Source: Eledone cirrhosa (lineage: Eukaryota). From it: DNA of 64,000 nt. The notes beneath the pieces are model-generated. The model did not search any database and was not told the DNA's origin. It saw nothing but the letters and a program-made list of their open reading frames with translations. Where the stretch lies: positions 66,898,001-66,962,000 of the forward strand of contig OZ024747.1 in NCBI GenBank assembly GCA_964016885.1, written 5' to 3'. Shown in pieces: positions 55,922 to 64,000 of the stretch; positions within the stretch are counted from its first letter, which is position 1; each line of letters starts with the position of its first letter. The translations under genes and the position numbers were made by a program.

Positions 55922-56746
55922 GATTTATCTACATATATATATGTATATATATATTTATATATGGTGGAGTCTATGCTATGTATGTATATGTAACTATTAA
56001 TGATAATTGAATAAATCAGGTAATATTTCGGAGAAAATTGACAGAGTCACTTGCTGAGAATAGAGCCTATATTCCTTAAGTGGATAGAGCTTCTTTCTAA
56101 AACTGTGCTATCCATTTTCCATTCTGAGTTGAAGCAAGCTAACTTTTTGCCTCACTTATATTGGAAAAAACTAAAATGTAATACCTATACACTTGTTTAA
56201 AGCCACATCGAACGGGTCACAGTCATTGCTAAGGTCCAGTTACATCCCATGATAAGAGGCGAGATTTGACTTCAGAATGCGCCGCGCTGAAATATATACA
56301 GCAAGGCATATCTTTTAGTAATCCACCATCGTTCAGTGGTATTCATTTATCGAGCGCAAAATGATTAAAGGCAAAGTTGAACATTGCAGCGTTTGAACAC
56401 AGATCAAAATAACTGAACATATACAGCCATGCATTGTATTCAATACTCTAAATATCTGTTAATTGGAGGCCAAAATATTTTAATGATAATGATATCGTTT
56501 TCTAATAATAAGAGCTATACTAATGATACATTCTAGCATACAATTTCATTGGATGTAAATACCGATGATATTCACACGAAGCTGGTACTTTATTTCATCG
56601 ATCATATTGTGATCAAATAGAAAGCTGAAATCCAAGGGAATGGAAATCAAACTATCGCATCGGCTTTAATGGCCATGTACAGGCATGGTAAAGAAGAACG
56701 AGAAAAGGCGGAAGATAGAGAAAGAGAGACAGAAGGAGGGAGGGAG

Positions 56747-56876
56747 AGAAGAAGAAGAAGAAGAAGAAGAAGAAGAAGAAGAAGAAGAAGAAGAAGAAGA
56801 AGAAGAAGAAGAAGAAGAAGAAGAAGAAGAAGAAGGAGGAGGAGCAGGAGGAGGAGGAGGAGGAGGAGGAGGAGGA
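56747..56876. repeat. (GAA)n-(GGA)n microsatellite
   Basis: Directly visible. Confidence 0.95.
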
Positions 56877-57371
56877 TGTATGATGAACAAAGATACATAT
56901 ATTTGTAAAGTTAACAAACCTAAATACAGAAAATGAAAGAAGTGGAGTCGAACAAAAATTAAGTTTAATAGATTTTTTAATATCATTAATATATATATGT
57001 ATATATAGATGTATGTATGGGCATATATACATATATCATTATATATATGTATTATATATGTATATATGTATATATGTATGCATATATAGAAATATATATA
57101 TGTATATATGTATATTCATATATATATATATACATATATATGTACATATATAAATATATATGTATACATACATATATATGTATACATATACATGTATATA
57201 TATATATGTATATGTATATATATACATGTACATGTATTCATGTATATATATATACATATATATGTACATATATACATATATATGAATATATATATATATA
57301 TATACATGAATACATGTACATGTATATATATACATTTATATATACATGTATATGTATACATATACATATAC

Positions 57372-57438
<67 letters not shown>

Positions 57439-57591
57439 CATACACACATACATATACATAGATGTATGCATGGTTAGAAATTAATAAAAACAATAGAAAT
57501 TTTTCAAAAAGATTGAAAAAATATTCAAACCAAACCTATATAACAGATACCTTATAACAAAACCATAAGACTAACAGCGTTATATATGTGT

Positions 57592-57630
<39 letters not shown>

Positions 57631-57637
57631 ATGTATG

Positions 57638-57668
<31 letters not shown>

Positions 57669-57908
57669 ATGTATGTATATATATGTATATATATATAGAT
57701 ATAGATATAGATATAGATATATGATGGGTGACCGACAGTGAAAAAGGAATGACTAAATATGTGTGTAATGTTTGCGTATATATGTTCATATGAGCATTTT
57801 ATTTTTATATATTTTCTACTCACTCTTATCTCTATTATATTTATTGCTAATACTAAACTGTTTGATGCCTTACCTATCTATAACTTAAATAGTAACACCA
57901 TATATATG

Positions 57909-58054
<146 letters not shown>

Positions 58055-58469
58055 CATTTATATATATACATATATGTAAATATGTGTGTATATATACATA
58101 CATACGCATATATACATACATACATACGTATATATATATATATAATTGTTTTCTCTTCTATTTGAATAGTATAAAAGTGTAAAAGCTAACAGTTTACCAT
58201 AGCCTTATTGTATGTAATTTATATTTGATTAATATTAATGTTATTGTCATTGGTGTAGTATTAATAATTACTTGTGTTCCTTTTTGCATTTATTAACGAT
58301 ATCTGTGTTTACTTAAACGTTTACTGCCATGCTACGATGTGTACTTTAGGAAAATGAAGAAATTTGTGGCAAAGAAACGAGGATACTTGAGAAAAACGTA
58401 ACGCAGTAAGCTGACAGAAAATTATAAGGAAAGCGCTCGTTTAACTGTATACATATATACATATGTATG

Positions 58470-58566
<97 letters not shown>

Positions 58567-59263
58567 ATATATATGTATATATATGTATGTATGTATATAT
58601 ATAAATATATATATATATACATATATGTTTGTATACATATATATCTGTGTGTGTATATATATAATTATGTTTATATGCATTGTGTATATGTATGCATAAT
58701 CAATCAATGAAGCAGAGAGAAACAATAATAGGCACTCTACAACAACTAACAAGTTCTCCCAAAAAACATATCAAATGTGAAGATTTTTTCATAAAAGAAT
58801 TGTTTATCGCATGATTTTTTTTTTTATTTGTTCAATTATGTTTTTCTTTTTGTCTTCCTTGGAAGGAGGATTAAAACAAGAAGGAGTAGTAAGAGTTAGT
58901 AGGAAGTGGATATGGAGAGGATATTCCTTAAGTGTATGCTATAGTAATATAGGTGTAAAATACTGCATCTTTAACCTAATTGACTACCAGGAATGTTTTA
59001 TTTGAAATACTTCTATATTATTATATGAATATATATAATGTATGTATGTATATATTTATGTATGAATGTATCTATTTACGGTAGGTATCTATGTATATAT
59101 ATGTATATAATATGGATGTATGTAAGAATGTGTATATATTTATGTATGCATATATCTATCAATCTATATATGTACATGTTGTGTGTGTGTGTGTGTATGT
59201 ATGTGTGTATGTATGTCAGTTTGTTTTCTGTATATATGTGTGTATTTATTGAAGCAAAATTAT

Positions 59264-59305
59264 GAATCGCTGCATGCAGTTTCTTGTTACCGATCATCAG
59301 GCTTC
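59264..59305 (-). ncRNA. Degenerate hammerhead ribozyme
   Basis: gaagc-CTGATGA-tcggtaacaa-GAAA-ctgcatgcag-C-gattc; palindromic stem III, U16.1 missing. Confidence 0.45.
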
Positions 59306-59529
59306 TCAGAAGACTCAGATTTGAATAAATACATTTCTACTTTACTAGTTTATTACATATTTTTCCACTGCATTGTACTGTACTAGACGATAATTCCTTA
59401 CATTCCTATATATATATATATGTGTGTGTGTTTGTGTGTGTGCACGCGCGTGTATGTGTGTGTATGCGTGTTTACTTATTTCATTATATACATACTAGCA
59501 TATATACATACACACATATATATATATAT

Positions 59530-59583
<54 letters not shown>

Positions 59584-59603
59584 ACGTCTATAATCACAAT
59601 AGA

Positions 59604-59668
<65 letters not shown>

Positions 59669-60066
59669 TATACGTTCTAGTGTGATTATAGACGCGGGTT
59701 TGTGCGCGTCTGTGTGCTGTTCGTGACTATTTATGTGTATGTCGTGTCTAAGAGTACATATATTGGAGTGTGTGCTCGCGATTTCACGTGTGCATGTCTG
59801 CGTGTTTGATTATATCATGCAATCAATTAATAGATTAATTTGAATATAATAATATAATTGTATAAATTGGGATTAACTGAACATTAAAATATTAATGACG
59901 TCAGGATATACACTATTATTAAATTTTTAAAATTCTTTATGGAATGGTTACACAAAATTTAAAGACTTCACTATTATAATTCTTCATATGAGGTTTAATT
60001 AAAAAATAATAATAATAATCATTATATTATTATTAATATTATCATCATCATTATTATAATCATCAT

Positions 60067-60179
60067 TTTTTGTTTTTTACACGCAGAAATGCCCATTTGT
60101 ACCGTCCTGCATTGTCCTGCACTGTCCTTAATGTCTACTTTATGTAAACCCTTGTGGTTAATAAAGAAATCATTATTAT
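60067..60179 (+). mobile_element. About 110-bp 3'-terminal fragment of the Tx1 family in an ATT/ATC microsatellite
   Basis: Matches the 3' end of copy B (about 10214-10325), including the copy-B variants aatgccc and ctgcattg. Confidence 0.92.
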
Positions 60180-62367
60180 CATCATCATCATTCTCATTAT
60201 TATTATTATTATTGTTATTATTATTATTATGTTTATATTTTTAATTTCTTAAAATATAACGATTTTTGTTATGGCGATGATTATTTTTATCATTGTTGTT
60301 ATTTTTTTATTATTTATATCATTATTATAATTAATATTATCGTTAATATAAGTATTATCTCTAAAAAAATCATTATAATAATGTTTGTTATTAATAGATA
60401 TGAAATTTAAATTAGTCATTAAAATGGTAGTAACAATGGCACTGTGATAATAATTTCATTGCTGTAGATATTTTAAATTATTAATAATAGTAGTATAAAT
60501 ATTCGTAATAATATCCATTTATTTACTTATTTAATTTATTTGAATATGTTTTGTTTTTCCTTTTGCTTTTTTTGTTTGTATGTTGTTGTTTTTTTTTCAT
60601 TTTTTGGGGGGGCTCTGTATTTAAAGTAAGTGAAAATAGAGAGACTGCTTCTATTAAAAGCTTGGTGTTCCGAAGAGATAATTTCCCTTGGCAGTATGAT
60701 CGTTAGAGATGAAATACTCAGTCCACAGTCGTTTGAATATATCCCTCGTCACCATTGTCTTGCCACCCTGAAAAGAGAAGGAAAAAAAAAACATAATTAT
60801 AAGGGAACAACATTGTAGAATATGCAAGACATTTTGTAATTTATTGTGTAAACAGGCGGCAACCTGGCAGAATTTTTATAGCTGAATTGAAATAACACGG
60901 GCATGAACTTTGAGTTTATCCCTTTAGGTCGATAAATAAACTTTACTAGCATAGGACATTATGCTGGCAAAAATATTTGAGCGTCAGATACGATTCCTTG
61001 CGCAATTAGTTCCGTCTCTTTGATTTCTAGGTTTAAATCTCGCATAAGGTAAACTTTGTTTTTCACTAGCGTTCTGTTGATGCAGTAGAATATGTAATAT
61101 CCTCAACCTTCCATTTTCTTGACTTTATGAGAGTTTATTCCATTTAAAAGAATAAGTCAAGACTCGGGTCTCTTGTAAACTTCGTTGGTTGATATTTGCG
61201 AACTGCAGAAAGCTCACATGACTGGGGTTGCGACCTAAAAAGGTCATTGACATCACCTCCTCTCCTCTCATTAACATGAACCTTTAAACAAAATACATGA
61301 CTCTGGCATACCAGTGTGGGTTTCTTTTTACTTCTGATCGATAGTTCAGATAAGTAATTTCCAACATAGCCGTTTGACCGAACAAAACACAGTCAATGAA
61401 ATATTTAGAAGAGTGAAATTCTGTAGAAAACTACCAAATAGACATATTCTCCTACTTGGATAGTAGTTTAATCTGTCAACCGGTTTAAAACCCCTTTCTC
61501 TTTTTCTCCTCACTAGTTTCAGTGGCCTTGAAAGGGTCATAGAGGCTGCTCTTTCTACTTTGAAAAATTGAACGTCCGTGGCATAGAAGAGAGGGTATTG
61601 GACTAACGATCGTTATTTCAATTCCTGGACTGGTGTTTCTTTTCGTGATAGGATGGCGTACCTAATCAACATAAGAGCCAAGAAACCTCCTATGATATAC
61701 AACCTCGTAGGATTCAAGCTAAAGCTACAAAGTCGTAAGCGTAACAAGATAAGAGAATTCGGGTCCCTATTTCTAAAACACCCAATATATACGATATCTA
61801 TGATATACAACCCAGTAATACATAATTTAAAGATACATGGGTATGAATTGTAAATTTCATTTTACTACTAAGTCGGTAAGATGAAAATGAGGTTTTTGTA
61901 AAATAGAGATATGACGTCATATTGGAGTGCAAACTACCATCTCAAGTCAGCAGTTTGTTTGACGTCCATTGTTTCATCAACATATCAAGGAATACGGGTT
62001 CGGGAATTATTAAATATCTCAGATTTAATCTATTCTATAATAAAATGTGTGTTTATATTAAATATTAATTAAATATATTTTTATTAAATTAAATCGGAAA
62101 ATTTTGCTGAATTAAACTAGTTGTTAATGACCTTATTCGCATCCGGTATATATATATATATATGGTATGTATATTTTTTTAAAATATATTCTGTTTATAT
62201 ACACAGACACACACACACACATACACACACATACACACACACATATACACACACACACACATACAAACGCACACATACACACAAACATCCAATCACAAAA
62301 TATATATGTATATATGTATATATGCGTATACACATGTATACATGCCTCCACACACGCAACACACGCA

Positions 62368-62461
<94 letters not shown>

Positions 62462-62810
62462 TATATATATTTATATATATATTTATATATACCTATGTAT
62501 CTATGTATTTATAAGCAAATGTGTAAGTGTCAGAATACAAATGTGTATGCGTGTTTTCGTGTGTGCAATCAGTTATAATTGAAGTTAATATTCATGAAAG
62601 TAAATTACATTTAATCTACAGTGAAAATAAATGAAACAAAATGAAATAAACGAATTATGTTCATCGTTTCAAGTGAAAGGATTCCTGAGATTGATGGAAA
62701 TTGAGGAAATTAAGGCGTTAATTCAATATATTATCAAAATAATTAATATACATACACATACATACACACACTCACACAGACCCAGATATTTATAGGCATA
62801 CACACACACA

Positions 62811-62848
<38 letters not shown>

Positions 62849-62851
62849 CAA

Positions 62852-62916
<65 letters not shown>

Positions 62917-62917
62917 A

Positions 62918-62998
<81 letters not shown>

Positions 62999-63020
62999 AA
63001 TATGTGTATATATATATATC

Positions 63021-64000
63021 TCTTTTACCTGTTTCAGCCATCCGGCTGAGGCCATGCTGGGGCACCGCCCTTGCTGCTACACACTTTATCTCCAGCCTGT
63101 ATAGGTTGGCCACTGGTGTAGGAGGGAGTTTGTTGCTGCTGCCCTTAGGTTTCCCTCGTGTCTTGCTGTGGGCTCATCCGGGATCCTGGATAACAAGGTG
63201 TCGAGATGTTTCTTAAAGACATCCACCTCCACGTCATGCAAGTGTCGCAGATGCCTCGGCAGCCTGTTGAAGAGTTGAGGGCCCTTGAATCCCAGGCTAT
63301 TGCAATACCTGCTCCTTATTCTAGATGTGGAAGACGGGACCTTTGGCACCACACAGTGACGTCCTGTTCGACGGTTGGTCCAGCTCCCAATGCCAAAGTT
63401 TGGTGCTAGTCCCTCCAGGATTTTCCACATGTAGATCACTGCGTATCTCTCCCGTCTTCGCTCCAAGGAGTAGAGGTTCAGTTCCTTCAGCCTCTCCCAG
63501 TAGCTTGTCTCCCTCATCTTGGCAATCCTCTTGGTGTAGCTTCGCTGGATTGCCTCAAGCTCTGTGGTTAGTTTGACACTATGGGGTGACCACAGCTGGG
63601 AGCAGTAGTCCAGGCGGCTTAGGACAAAAGTCCTCCACAGTGTCAACATGGTGTCTCGATCTCTTGTAAGGAAAGTCCTCAAGATCCAGCCAGCGAATCG
63701 TCTACATGCTGTCGCCACCTTCATGATGTGTGAAGAAAAAGATGCATCATCGCTCATGTCTATGCCCAGGTCTCGTATCGATTTTGACACGGGGATATCG
63801 GTCCCTCCTGGTCCTGTGTAGCTGTGTTCCGCTATATTTGTGTTTGTGTTTGCAGGTTTGTATTGTAGGGCTTGGAATTTGCCAGCATTAAACTGCATGT
63901 TGTTTTCTTCCGCCCATCTGTATATGGCATCCAGATCCTGCTGTAAGAGGGCAGTGTCAGCCGGGTTTTTGATTGCCTGTGCTACCTTAGTGTCATCAGC
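63021..64000 (-). mobile_element. CR1-group (CR1/L2) LINE, 3' portion
   Basis: RT C-terminus and short 3' UTR ending next to (TA)n. Confidence 0.85.
63086..64000 (-). CDS. LINE ORF2 RT C-terminal part (partial)
   Basis: [53 protein letters not shown]; frame open to the window edge. Confidence 0.88.
   Translation of the reverse strand, partial: ADDTKVAQAIKNPADTALLQQDLDAIYRWAEENNMQFNAGKFQALQYKPANTNTNIAEHSYTGPGGTDIPVSKSIRDLGIDMSDDASFSSHIMKVATACRRFAGWILRTFLTRDRDTMLTLWRTFVLSRLDYCSQLWSPHSVKLTTELEAIQRSYTKRIAKMRETSYWERLKELNLYSLERRRERYAVIYMWKILEGLAPNFGIGSWTNRRTGRHCVVPKVPSSTSRIRSRYCNSLGFKGPQLFNRLPRHLRHLHDVEVDVFKKHLDTLLSRIPDEPTARHEGNLRAAATNSLLHQWPTYTGWR

Overview
Eukaryotic, AT- and microsatellite-rich DNA dominated by retroelements; the repeat content suggests a cephalopod or other mollusc (inference). 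No host gene could be assigned with confidence. Contents: (1) two head-to-tail Tx1/L1-clade non-LTR retrotransposons (1-10.36 kb) associated with (ATT)n, plus a 3' fragment at 60.1 kb; (2) several Penelope-like elements (PLE, Naiad-type RT + GIY-YIG) and many non-coding derivatives in (TA)n tracts, mostly as 5'-to-5' inverted pairs; (3) about 20 type-I hammerhead ribozyme (HHR) motifs from about 10 unrelated families, read by eye, including five copies with a compensatory U3-A8 core inside a young 591-bp tandem-plus-inverted array that looks like a retrozyme/circular-RNA element; (4) Nin/Deu-domain and other tRNA-derived SINEs; (5) a 3.5-kb 22-bp minisatellite; (6) the 3' end of a CR1-group LINE at the right edge. 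Most ORFs in the ORF track are microsatellite artefacts.
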